The notes beneath the pieces were generated by a model that searched no databases, had not been told where the DNA came from, and worked only from the letters and a program-made list of their open reading frames with translations. A stretch of 63,657 bases of DNA, filler included, from Octopus bimaculoides (Eukaryota): the NCBI RefSeq assembly GCF_001194135.2. It is 4 parts of 3 records of this genome, joined end to end, with 100 filler letters (N's around TTAATTAATTAA, not from the genome) between each part and the next. Parts side by side here need not be neighbours in the genome. Positions count along the whole stretch, not along the records: positions 1 to 23,925 come from NC_068986.1; positions 24,026 to 28,887 come from NC_068996.1; 2 more parts are not named here. One strand, given 5' to 3'. Shown one piece after another: positions 15,069 to 27,118 of the stretch; positions within the stretch are counted from its first letter, which is position 1; each line of letters starts with the position of its first letter. The translations under genes and the position numbers were made by a program.

Positions 15069-16868
15069 CACAGAGTATTAGATAAAATATGAATGATTAT
15101 TCTATAATGAAAATTCTTTATGCATTTGTTTCATTTTTAAATAATGATGACTTTACAAATTCTGTAAAAATATACCAGCATATTTTTACAACACAAAGTA
15201 AAAAAAAAAAAAAAATTAATATTGGAGCATTTTCAGGAGATTAATTAGACTAGTATCATCAAATTGAATAAAGATTGTCTTTTACCTTTCTCTCAGACAT
15301 TGCTGAAGAGAGATGGGATAAAAAAAAAAACCTTTAGTCATATATGGTAGGCTAAATATGTTTCACAAGTAGTATTTAAGTCAGTAACAAACAAAATATT
15401 AGGAAGAATTTCTTTAAGTAGTGAAAAATGCAGGTTATAATTAGACAGGCATCTATCTTATAATTACTATGTAGATTAATGCATCATTTTACAATGGCAA
15501 CATATACACATGCAACTTTTAATTATACACATCAAGCTGGTGCTATGAATCGAGCAAGAAAATGTAATAATGACAGGCAGGGTGGAAGAAACTTTAAATG
15601 AAATATCATAAACAAATAACAAAACCATAACTATATCCTGCAAACTGTACAATTCATCAACCATTTTATTTACAAAATTTCTTATTATACATCACATATA
15701 TCATAAGAATAAAACTATATTCTATATGATGGGTTAAGCATCAAATGCAAATAGAATATAATCAAACACAAAGAAGTTGTTTAATACAAGATTTTTGGTA
15801 GGAATTATAAAAGAGTTCTACAAATGATAGCTCTTTTGTTCTTGAAAATGAGATCCTTAGAGATTTCAATTTCACTCATAAATAACAAGAGAAAGTTAGG
15901 AAAATGTTTGGAATAAGACACTTTTGCACATGTTACGTGTTACTCTGTTGAGGAATGATTTATGAAAGGCAAATTTTATTTTCCTCTAATATTCTATACC
16001 CTGGCAAACATCAAAAAGATTGGCTTGCATTACAATTGCTAAAAGTAAGACAGCAAAAGGATTCATACAGCTATTTCATTACACATCTAAGGATTAAATA
16101 CTTGGAAAACAAATATTTCTGACAGAGGAAATCAAACATAATTTTCTGAATGCTGTTTCACAATGTACTAGAGATGATCCAAATTTGCCTATATGGTGCT
16201 TTGCTGAGGAAGTTAGCAGATTATTTCTATCAACACTATTAAAAACAAACAAGAGGCTAGGAATTTTGATGAGGTTATGTAAGGTTCATTGGTATTACAC
16301 ACTTCAGTTTTCATGAGTTGATATAGATACATATTTCAAGTCCCTTAGGTGAATGTATCTGCTTTCAAAAGGAAAAGATGCATTACATAATGTGGTCCTA
16401 ACAAAACACACATAAAAATAAAAAAAGATGCATTGCTAGAATGCATTTGATCATAAGTCTGTATGATGAAGGTTGACATGTCAGCAACTTCAGTAACAAG
16501 AACATATATTTACCTTATTTTGCAATATCATGTGAGCAATTCTCAAGGAACAAAACATAATTGAACTTCCCAGAAAAAGATAGTGTATTCTAAATGAGTA
16601 CTATGCACGAAATGAGATTGGTCTATAAAATTTGTGTATGATTTTTTAAGGATAAACAAAATAAAACGTTACTTTTTCTTTTTTTCTATAAACATTTGAG
16701 CTGTCAAACCTAACATAAATATCAAGGATTGTTAATATATATCATATATACAGCATAATATGTGTGTTATTCAAATTCTTTTATTATATACATATATATA
16801 TATATAAATGTATGTATGTATGTATGTATATATATATATGTAATATATGTGTGTGTGTATATATATAG

Positions 16869-17150
16869 CATCATTGTCATTTAATGTACATGTTCTATGC
16901 TGGCATAAGTTGAATGGTTTGACAGGACTTGATGGGTTCAAGTGTGTTGTGTGTGTGTGGGAGGTATGTGTGGGTTCAAGGACAGCATTTTGATCAAGTA
17001 TCATCTTTTGCATGGTTACTATAGCTGTATGCCCTTCCAAGTACTAACCACCTCACCATACTAACCATTTTACTGGATGCTTTGTTTTATGACACTGGCA
17101 CTAGTAAGGTCACCATGCAACTCACAAATCTACAAAATCCAAGGAGCAGG
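16869..17150 (-). mobile_element. Decayed LINE 3' tail (RTE-like)
   Basis: catcattgtcatttaatgtacatgttctatgctggcat...gcccttccaagtactaaccac, similar to 17561-17815. The RTE assignment rests on the (CAT)n tail and is inferred. Confidence 0.5.
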
Positions 17151-17380
17151 GAATCACTAAGATATGTGTGGTTTAAGGTATTAGAAAAAAAGTTGTGGCA
17201 GAGTTGGTTCTAGTTGTATAAGACTCACATGGCTACTTGCATATCTATCTATCTGTCTGTCTATCTATCTATCATTCTATCTATCTATATTTCTATCTAT
17301 CTATCTATCTATATTTCTATCTATCTATCTATCTATCTGTCTGTCTGTCTATCTGTCTATCTATCTATCCATACATACAT

Positions 17381-17527
17381 AATAATATTAGGGACAAAAT
17401 CCAAAATTACAGGTAAAAACTCAATTAAAATCAATTTATAAAAAATTAAAATTAAATTGAGCTTTATAGATAAAATATATATAAAATATATAGTTTTAGG
17501 GAAAATAACCAAGTTTCAAGAACTCAT
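17381..17527 (+). repeat. AT-rich dispersed repeat; inverted copy at 24435-24590
   Basis: aataatattagggacaaaatccaaaattacaggtaaaaactcaattaaa...aactcatcgatgaaaat aligns to the reverse complement of 24435-24590. Confidence 0.85.
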
Positions 17528-17560
17528 CGATGAAAATACATACATATATATATGTATGTA

Positions 17561-17815
17561 TCATCATCATCATCATCCTTTAACATCTGTTGTTCATGCT
17601 GGAAGGCTGCACCAGACTCCAGGCTTATTAGGCATGGTTTTCTACAGCTGGATGCCTTTCTTAATGCCAACCACTCTGCGAGCGTAATGGGTGCCTTTAT
17701 GTGCCACTGGCATGGGTGCCAACTTGTGAGACATCGGTATCTGCTATGAATGTGATTTTGCTTGGTTTGATGGGTCTTCTTCTCAAGCAGGACATAATGC
17801 CAAAGGTCTTGGTGT
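17561..17815 (-). mobile_element. LINE 3' tail with (CAT)n end (RTE-like)
   Basis: (CAT)n then ttaacatctgttgttcatgctgg...ggatgcctttcttaatgccaaccactc; apparent CpG decay. Confidence 0.55.
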
Positions 17816-17940
17816 CGCTTAATGTCGTAGGAAGAATTTACAGTAGGAATTTTAGGTAGGATTTGCTCTCTCTTGTGAGTGTCTCTTCACATGTGCTTAG
17901 GAGAATGGTCAGTAGAAAAGTGTTTAACTGGTAGTTTGAA

Positions 17941-18462
17941 GTATGTGTGTGTGTGTATGTATATGTTGTGTATGTGTGTGTGTGTTTGTGTGCAGTGTGT
18001 ACCTGTATCTGTGTGTGCATGCATGTGTATGTGTGTATACGTGGGGTTGTCTGTGGAGCAAATGTGTGTTACTCTGTATGTGTGTGTGTGTGTATGTCCA
18101 TGTATGTATGAGTGTGTGTTCTGTGTGTGTGTATATTTGTATACATACATATCTATATACATACTTGGAAATGGATGTGTGGTGTTCAATTAAATAATAA
18201 TATAAATAATACATAAATATATATGCATGCATGCATATATGTACATAAATATGTATATACACATGCATATATGGGCACAGGACACCACAGAAAGTAAACA
18301 ACAAGAAATACGAAAACATGGAATACTAACTATTTTTGGGAACAATGAAAGAAACAAATGGAAAACAAGACAAGCAACATAAAAAAATGACCCTTCATCA
18401 TTTGTCGGCTGCTTTTCTACTTTATATTTTGAGCAATTCACGACACATACATACACACGCAC

Positions 18463-18510
<48 letters not shown>

Positions 18511-18926
18511 TTATTCATAGAAAAACATGTAATTGTTACCAATATAGCAAGAGATTTCACCGCAAAAAGTCTAAAGTAGACTCCTTAAGGATCGTTCTCC
18601 TTGGTTATATATCCAAAGTTTTAAATTTAAAAGAGTTTTGACACTAATATCCATTNNNNNNNNNNNNNNNNNNNNNNNNNNNNNNNNNNNNNNNNNNNNN
18701 NNNNNNNNNNNNNNNNNNNNNNNNNNNNNNNNNNNNNNNNNNNNNNNNNNNNNNNNNNNNNNNNNNNNNNNNNNNNNNNNNNNNNNNNNNNNNNNNNNNN
18801 NNNNNNNNNNNNNNNNNNNNNNNNNNNNNNNNNNNNNNNNNNNNNNNNNNNNNNNNNNNNNNNNNNNNNNNNNNNNNNNNNNNNNNNNNNNNNNNNNNNN
18901 NNNNNNNNNNNNNNNNNNNNNNNNNN

Positions 18927-18973
<47 letters not shown>

Positions 18974-19066
18974 CACACACACATATATATACATACACAC
19001 ACATATATACATATACATATATATCTATACATACACACCCACATATATACACATACATATATATAT
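17941..19066. repeat. Cluster of (TG)n, (CA)n and (TA)n microsatellites around a gap
   Basis: Directly visible. Confidence 0.95.
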
Positions 19067-19078
19067 ATTTTTGTTGCA

Positions 19079-19173
19079 TCTTGCAACCTTTTCAATAGTT
19101 GTTGACTCTGTCCATTATCCAAAGCAGCTTGGGATAATGGACAGAGTCAACAACAATTGAAAAGTTTGCAAGA
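19079..19173. repeat. Near-perfect 95-nt palindrome (arms about 46 bp, 3-nt loop)
   Basis: TCTTGCAACCTTTTCAATAGTTGTTGACTCTGTCCATTATCCAAAG-CAG-CTTGGGATAATGGACAGAGTCAACAACAATTGAAAAGTTTGCAAGA; 3 mismatches. Confidence 0.95.
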
Positions 19174-19419
19174 CACAATGGAAATTTTAGAAAAATGAAT
19201 AAGTAAACGAGTGGAATTTTACCACTGTATGTGTTAAATTATAAGGCACTAAAAGAGAATGACTCTACCCAGACACAACAGAATATGCTTCAATACACAA
19301 ACTCACATAAAGAATCTTGCAAATGCTCCTTGATGATGGCAAGGGGCTGCTAAATGTGAAAAATGTGTGGCAGGAAGAGGTGTTACCTCAAATATACTCA
19401 ACAAAAAGACCAACTATTT

Positions 19420-20830
19420 AAGTGGAGAGTTATATAGTCAAAATAGTTATTAAGGATATGCAGATGAGAAAAGCAGTAGGTCTATCAGGAACAGCCACAG
19501 AAATTCTGAAGGTAATCTGGAGAACTAGAGCACAAACTAATCACTTGAATGATCAGCAGGATAATGCAGGGAGGTATCATAATCAATGACTGATAAAGCT
19601 ATATAATTGACAACTATTATAAGGGTAAAGTAGATGCTTTGCAAAGATACCACTACAGTAACATCAAACTGATGGACCAGGTTATGAAAGTGACAAAGAG
19701 CGTTAGCAAAATTGATTGGGAAAAGAATTGACTGTTGATACTCGCTTCATAGTGCCACTACTCTAAGAAAGATTTTTAGCCAAAAGTGAGCCACTTTACT
19801 GAGCATTTGTCAAAAAGGAGAAGGTGTTTGAAAATGTACCATGAAATGTTGCCTAATGGTCTTTAAAAAACTAGATGTAGATGAATGTCTTGTGAAGGTG
19901 GCGCAACCATGTATAGAGGTGCAGCCAGCAAAGTGTGAATGCTGCCAATGAGTTTAGTGAGGTGGGTTTCATCAAGGTTGGCTTCTTAGCACTACCCTGT
20001 TTGTTATAGTTCTCCATGCTAATATAGATAAAGTTAGGCTGGCTGTCTGGGAGAACCTCTATATATTGATGATGAAGTCATTATAGCAGAGTCCATGGAA
20101 GACTTAGAGAAGAAATAGCAGATGTAGAAACAAACCCAATAATGGAGAGGCTCGAGAGTACACTTGGAAAAGTCTAACATTGTAATAAGTAGGAAAAAAG
20201 AAATGGAGTCCATGTTATATACAGGAGGCTCAGTGAAATGAAAGTCAGGTTGACTATGAATTAAGACTTTGTTGCAGCTGCACAGAGATAGTAAGCAGTC
20301 TGTGTGCCAGTAAAATATATTCCTTGCAGTGGTCAAAAGGTACTACTGAAATAGCTAAGTAGTGTAAACAACTACGGAGAGGGTGTTCTGAAAGCACAGA
20401 AGTCAGAATAAAATAGAGAGGGAGATGTTTGAGTGAAGGGTAGATTGCATGTTGCTTATGTATGAACTGTAATGTTGCATGGTAGTGAGCCATAAGTACT
20501 GAATATGGGGGATGTTTGAATGTTGGAAGGAAATGAAGTAAGCATTCTCTACTAGATGTGTAATCTTAGTGTGCACGAGTAGCATGGTACAGATGAACTG
20601 ATAAATGATCAAAGTATATGAAGAATCAGATATAATGTGCAAAGAAGGTAGCAGCATTGGTATGGATATGTAAAACATATGGTTGATTAATTCATGAGTA
20701 AAGAAGTGTAACGAGATTTTGTGGAAGGAAACTATGGAAAACAAAATGTCAGCAGAGACATGGGCAGCAGAAGTGAAAACTGATTTCAGGATAACATGTC
20801 TTATTAACAAAGAAATGCAACAAAAGGTGA
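19420..20830 (+). mobile_element. Degraded RTE-clade LINE, RT and C-terminal region
   Basis: Broken frames give KDMQMRKAVGLSGTATEILK, YKGKVDALQRYHYSNIKLMDQVMKVTKSV, FLAKSEPLY*AFVKKEKVFENVP, GCLGEPLYIDD and RVKGRLHVAYV*TVMLHGSE, all RTE RT and post-RT motifs; many stops. Confidence 0.85.
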
Positions 20831-22199
20831 TGGAAAGAATCCATATAATTCATGCAAACATGGAACAGCAGACATACAAATGATGTTCATGATAATATAT
20901 AAAATATATACGTAGAAAGAGATTGCATCAGGCAGTTTGTACACAATAAAGCTCAAACTTAAGACTTTCTATATTGCTAACCATAATTTGCACTCTCCTG
21001 CCACCCATCAGTTACTCTTGCCTTTCACTACCTTATCAACAGCATCTACTTACAACCTGCAACATATGTAGACAAGATTTGACACTTCTAATATATACGA
21101 AAGTGGTGAAAAACATTCACTGGCATTGCAAATGGTCACCAGAATGAAGATGTATTTGTTTTCTGCAATGGAAGCAATAATAAATGGAGATGACAAATCC
21201 CATCTAAGCATGTTGTTGGCTGTGAGTACATACCATTGACACAGTCCAACAAAGGCAAAATGCATCTGACATTCTCACTAGCCACAGCTGGGAAAATTTG
21301 CATCTCCATCTGCTATGTATTGTGTTTTAAGCACAGCGTGTTCATTTACTGCTGTATTCATCTCTGGATGAATACAGCAATAAATTTGTCTTTTGATGAT
21401 ATATGTACATTAAGTATGATATATAGGTGGTTATTTGAATTTAATACTGCTTCTATTGTATATAATGAATTTTTATTTAGCTGAGGGACTATTTGCAATA
21501 CTAGTGAATGTTTTTCACTGTGTTCCTAAATATAAGAGGTGACAAATCTTGTCTATAGATAAGGTGGTTGTAAGCACACGTCACCAGCAAGGCCCACTAA
21601 AGCCTTACTAGTCATTGCTTGGATGATTTTCATCTCCCTCCAATATATATTGTTCTTAAACACAGCCCATACATAAATGATTATTCAATTTAATAAAGCT
21701 TCTACTGCATATAATGAATATATGTGTGTGTACGTATGTATAAGTTTATCACAAATTTTCTATAGAATTTAGACCCAGCACTATAATTTATAACATTTTG
21801 TATACGAATAGATCTATGTAAATAATGCCATTAAAGATAGAAGGAATAGGTAATGGGTGTACATCATGTTTCAGTCATGGTTGATCATGCCTTTAAATCA
21901 TGACATCCAAGGAAGTGAATAGATTGTAAGATTATTATTACATATTTCCATATATTATGTCATGTATTACATAGAACTATATGAAATGTATAACATTGTA
22001 TAAGATATAGAATAAAAATATAGCTTGTTAATGGAAACAATTGTAATGGCAATTTGACTTCTTTCCTCAATTAGATTATTACTTCTATACATAGAGAGAG
22101 AGAGATTTATATATATATATATATATATACACACACATATATACATATATAATGAGAATTTACCAAAAAACAAAAGACAAAGATGGGTGTGTAAACAAC

Positions 22200-23110
22200 A
22201 AATGGATGAATTAGTTTAATGCGTGGGACGTGAGAAAGTCACTTACGTTTCAAGCCTATGCTCTTCGACAATAAGGAACACAAAAATAAACAGGGAGAGA
22301 AAAGAGAAAAAGGTTTAATGGCTAGCAATTTATCATGGCGAATACCGGACAGAGGGGTCACACTGGAGAGCTACGAAGAAGGGGAGATAATAAAGTAGTG
22401 GTGATCCCAAAATGAAGGTGTGTATGTGGGAGCACATATGTGCATGTGGAAGGTGGATGTGACCTTGATGTGTGCATGCGCGTGTGGGTGCTGGGAAGTG
22501 GTCAGTGCTGGTGTGTGTGGGGAGGTGTGATGTGGTGTGCTGGTGTGTGGGGGGTGATGTGAGGTGGTGGTGTGTGTGGGGTGGTGTGTGGTGTGGTGGT
22601 GTGTGATGTGGTGTAGTGGTGTTGGGGGTGTGGGGAAAGCGAGAGTGGGGGAAGCAAGGGTGGGTCTAAGGGATGGGGTGGGGGTGGAATGGAATGTATA
22701 GGGATAGTGGGCTTGGAATGTGTAGGGGTGGGGTAATGGTGGGGTGATGATAAAGGCAGAGTGTGGAAGAGACAAAGTGGGTAGGAGTGAAGAGAGGAAG
22801 TAGGTGCAATAGCAAGAGAGGAAAGGTGGGTGGGAGGAAGTAAGTGTGAGAGGAAAGAAGAGGAGGGCTAGATGAAGAGGGGAGGAGAGTTGAGCCCATG
22901 TGGTGCAAAAGAACGAAGAGAGAAGATCAATCTCTGCTCACAGCAAAGACAGGAGTCAGGATGGCCCCTGTGCAAGGACAATCTGAATACGGATAGGTGT
23001 TGTAAAGGGTGACTGGTAGAGTGGAAATGGCATGAGACTAGGGTGTCGTCGGTGAGTTGGATGTCTTGGAGGTATTCTGTGAACTGGCCAGCCAAGCGGT
23101 TATATTTCAT
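22200..23110 (-). mobile_element. Penelope-like element 3' end: GIY-YIG C-terminus (22868-23110), C-rich low-complexity UTR, hammerhead-like motif near 22239-22277
   Basis: RLAGQFTEYLQDIQLTDDTLVSCHFHSTSHPLQHLSVFRLSLHRGHPDSCLCCEQRLIFSLRSFAPHGLN matches the PLE endonuclease C-terminus pattern (R..EH..DI, HF...H, EQRLIF.L....P.GLN). Confidence 0.8.
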
Positions 23111-23250
23111 GCATGTGTATAAATACTTATCTACTTAGTGCACACACACACAATCTATCTGAATCTGCATTTTCCTGGGAGGGGCTTTTACCTTACAATC
23201 TTTGTACTTTATTTCCTGCATATGTTTATATCTTTTTGGTTGTAATGCTT

Positions 23251-23311
<61 letters not shown>

Positions 23312-23873
23312 GCCTTCTCCACAAAAATTGCACTTATTTTTTAAGCTCCCACAAAGCTCTAGGGTGTTAAACAAGCATTCAACTATGAGTGCATTGCACA
23401 TCATAGCAGAAATAGTTGTAAACCAATGAAGTTCATTGCATAATTTTACCCCTTGTCATTTATTTACCTTTTTTATTGCACTCTATACTCTGAAGTATAT
23501 GCACACTGAGTTCTAACACCAAGTTATCAGTGACACTATGCTTAAGCAATATATATCTATATATATAAAAATGAGAATGTGTGTCTGTCTGTCTGTCTGT
23601 GTGAATCCCTAAAACTCGAGAACTACGCAACCAATTTCATTCAAATTTTACACATGCCTTACTTAGGGTTCCAGTTGTGTTTTAGTAAAAAAAAATGTTT
23701 AACTCCTTGCAGAGTTCGAGCCCACGGCAACATAATATCTCCTCCACTATTTAAGTATTACGTGTCAAAAGTGAAACAAAAACACTCATGTCAAATACTT
23801 TCACTTTAAAAATGAAACTATTCTACTAACTGAAACAATCACATTTCGATACTGTAATGACAGATACTTTCAG

Positions 23874-23904
<31 letters not shown>

Positions 23905-23969
23905 GATGTATATGTATACATATACNNNNNNNNNNNNNNNNNNNNNNNNNNNNNNNNNNNNNNNNNNNN

Positions 23970-23981
23970 TTAATTAATTAA
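23970..23981. other. Assembly linker TTAATTAATTAA inside N runs (also 28932-28943 and 50379-50390)
   Basis: The identical 12-mer, with stops in all six frames, sits in the middle of three N runs of about 100 nt. Confidence 0.9.
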
Positions 23982-24025
23982 NNNNNNNNNNNNNNNNNNN
24001 NNNNNNNNNNNNNNNNNNNNNNNNN

Positions 24026-24410
24026 AATATCTGCATCATTCGTTCTCTTTGGGTATTTGCCATTGAGAGGTTTTCCATGCCATTTATCAGTCATAATATC
24101 TAAGGCAGCAATTTTAGCACGGGTTTTCGATCACTTAGCTTTTTCTGCGGGTGTTTCTAGTTCGTCTAATTCTTGAATTTGTTGTAATTGGAATTCACCT
24201 AGATATTCCTTTGTCTGTTTTGTTACTGAGTAAGATGCTTTCTTGCTTTCATGTTTTGAGACAAGTTTTAGCATCCAGTCCTCAGAGTTTTTCAGATAGG
24301 TGTCTAGGCCAATTGTGGCTACTTTTATTGTTAATGCCAGCTGTAGAAGTCCACCGCCTCCCTCTTTTCTCGGCAGATAAAGACACTCATTTATTGTGCT
24401 TTTAATTATT
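24026..24410 (-). mobile_element. R4/Dong-type (RLE) LINE fragment, post-RT region
   Basis: Translation KSTINECLYLPRKEGGGGLLQLALTIKVATIGLDTYL...DKWHGKPLNGKYPKRTNDAD contains the LYLPRKEGGRGL and W..KPLHG.Y motifs. Confidence 0.8.
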
Positions 24411-25529
24411 AATTTTTCTTTATGTGACAGTGGATTTTCATCGATGAGTTCATGGACCTTGGTTCTTTTCCCTAAAACTATATATTTATATTTTATATTG
24501 TGAAACTTAATTTAATTTTAATTTTTAATAAATTGAATTTAATTGAGTTTTTACCTGTAAATTTGGATTTTTATCCCTAATATTATTATAATATATATAT
24601 ACATATATGCATGTATTATATGTATTGGGCGGGGCATATAACTATATGTACAAAACTTGTTACCAGTTCAATATACGTGATGTATATCGGTAAGAAAGCC
24701 TTTCACTACATTTTGTCATTGAGAAATTTACTTTCTGTTGACAAACAGGTGTGATCCAATCAAGTTAGTTGAGATCATATACTGTTGAGATCGTAATTTC
24801 TATGTAAAGTTTCGGAAAAAGGCGTAATAATTGTTTTATGAAATATACCGCGTATGAAGTAATAAACTCTAGCGCGTGAATGCGTAAATATTGGGTTGAA
24901 AAGCTTACACTAAAGTAACATCGAAATTCTTTATGGCTGTTGCGAAGCCGGGCGAATCAACTGAATTTATGAACATGAAAACATTCTGAGATAATGAAGA
25001 AAGCAGAATGAACTTTTGAAGACAAAAAATGAATAGAACAACTTCAGCAAGTAAATGGAGGCTTTGTTTCGAAACTTAGAGAGAAAGATTTTTATTAGTC
25101 TCAGTGGAAAAAAAGAAAGCAAATCAAACTTAAGCGTCATTTTTCTATAGTATGGCAGAACTACAATAATCAAGAAAACTCTTATAAATGTTGCGATCAC
25201 AGTAAATCATCTAAATTTATAAATACTAAAATATTAGTTAAGCATCAAGACAACAGAATGAATTTTCAAATATAGAAGACAAGCAGAACAACTACACAAA
25301 CTTAAGCATTAAAACTGTAGAAATGCTGTTGGTTAATTTAGAAAACTTCAAACTGTTTCATTTAGCATAATGAGACGAAAAATAGAACGACCTCAGCTCG
25401 CGTCGAATGATTTAGAAACTAAATCTCATAAAGTGGAACAAATTGAACCGCCTCAAACGCCAATCTAACTCCTAAATAAGTATATACATGCAAAGACACG
25501 TAACGTATTGTATACATATGTATTATGTA

Positions 25530-26453
<924 letters not shown>

Positions 26454-26489
26454 TTGAAAAGATTTGTAAATGTACCACACGAGTAAGTA

Positions 26490-26925
26490 GATATTAAAGA
26501 GAAATAAAAATGAAAATGCCACTTTTTAAAAATATTTTTTTGGGTGTTTTAATTAATTTACATTACATGTTTCGGTTTTTTTGAAAACCCTTATCAAAAA
26601 TGAGTACAAAATATGTGAGAAGAGAAGAGGGCTATTAATAAAATAAAATTGAAATTAAAATTAGGAATGACATTTATAGTTTACTGTTATTTCTTGCATG
26701 CGCACGTGATCCTTTCCTTTCCATCTGAAAGCATGGTAATTCCAACTTGTTGTGATAGTAGATTACTACTATCTGTTTTTGTATATTAAGTAATGGTCAA
26801 GTCTTCGTCCCCTTTTTGTAATACCTTTATGGCAAATATTTATGAAATAAAGTAGTGGTCAAGACTTTTTTGTAGGAGTGGTTGTAGCCGTCGAATAACC
26901 ACTAGCAGTAATGATAATAACAATC
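26490..26925 (-). mobile_element. Probable PLE pLTR in inverted orientation upstream of the 27 kb PLE body
   Basis: Decayed hammerhead-like TTGATAA-G-GGTTTT-CAAA-AAAACC-GAAA-CATG-TA at 26561-26602 on the minus strand, followed by an AT-rich tail. Confidence 0.4.
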
Positions 26926-26927
26926 AA

Positions 26928-26975
<48 letters not shown>

Positions 26976-26985
26976 CAGTAGCAGC

Positions 26986-27040
<55 letters not shown>
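26928..27040. repeat. (AGT)n trinucleotide microsatellite with a few AGC interruptions
   Basis: Directly visible; source of the poly-S and poly-L pseudo-ORFs. Confidence 0.98.
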
Positions 27041-27041
<1 letters not shown>

Positions 27042-27118
27042 GACTCGTGGTGAAGTTGCTGCCCCTGTGGTTTTAATAGAAATCGGGTTCTTCGATCCCC
27101 TTTGTTTATTTCTTATGA

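Larger units (their letters stand above)
23556..24964 (+). mobile_element. Non-autonomous Helitron-like element spanning a gap and carrying a nested LINE fragment
   Basis: 5' A|TCTATATATATAAAAATGAGAATGTGTGTCTGTCTGTCTG with (GTCT)n; 3' GC-rich TTGCGAAGCCGGGCG followed by CTGA (CTRR). Joining both ends into one element is inferred across the gap. Confidence 0.6.

Noticed and set aside
17495-17527. Minus-strand TCGATGA-GTTCTT-GAAA-CTTGGTT
   Set aside because: The homologue at 24441 lacks GAAA and there is no helix I.
23970-23981. TTAATTAATTAA islands inside gaps (three sites)
   Set aside because: Identical six-frame-stop linker centred in N runs; an assembly artefact.
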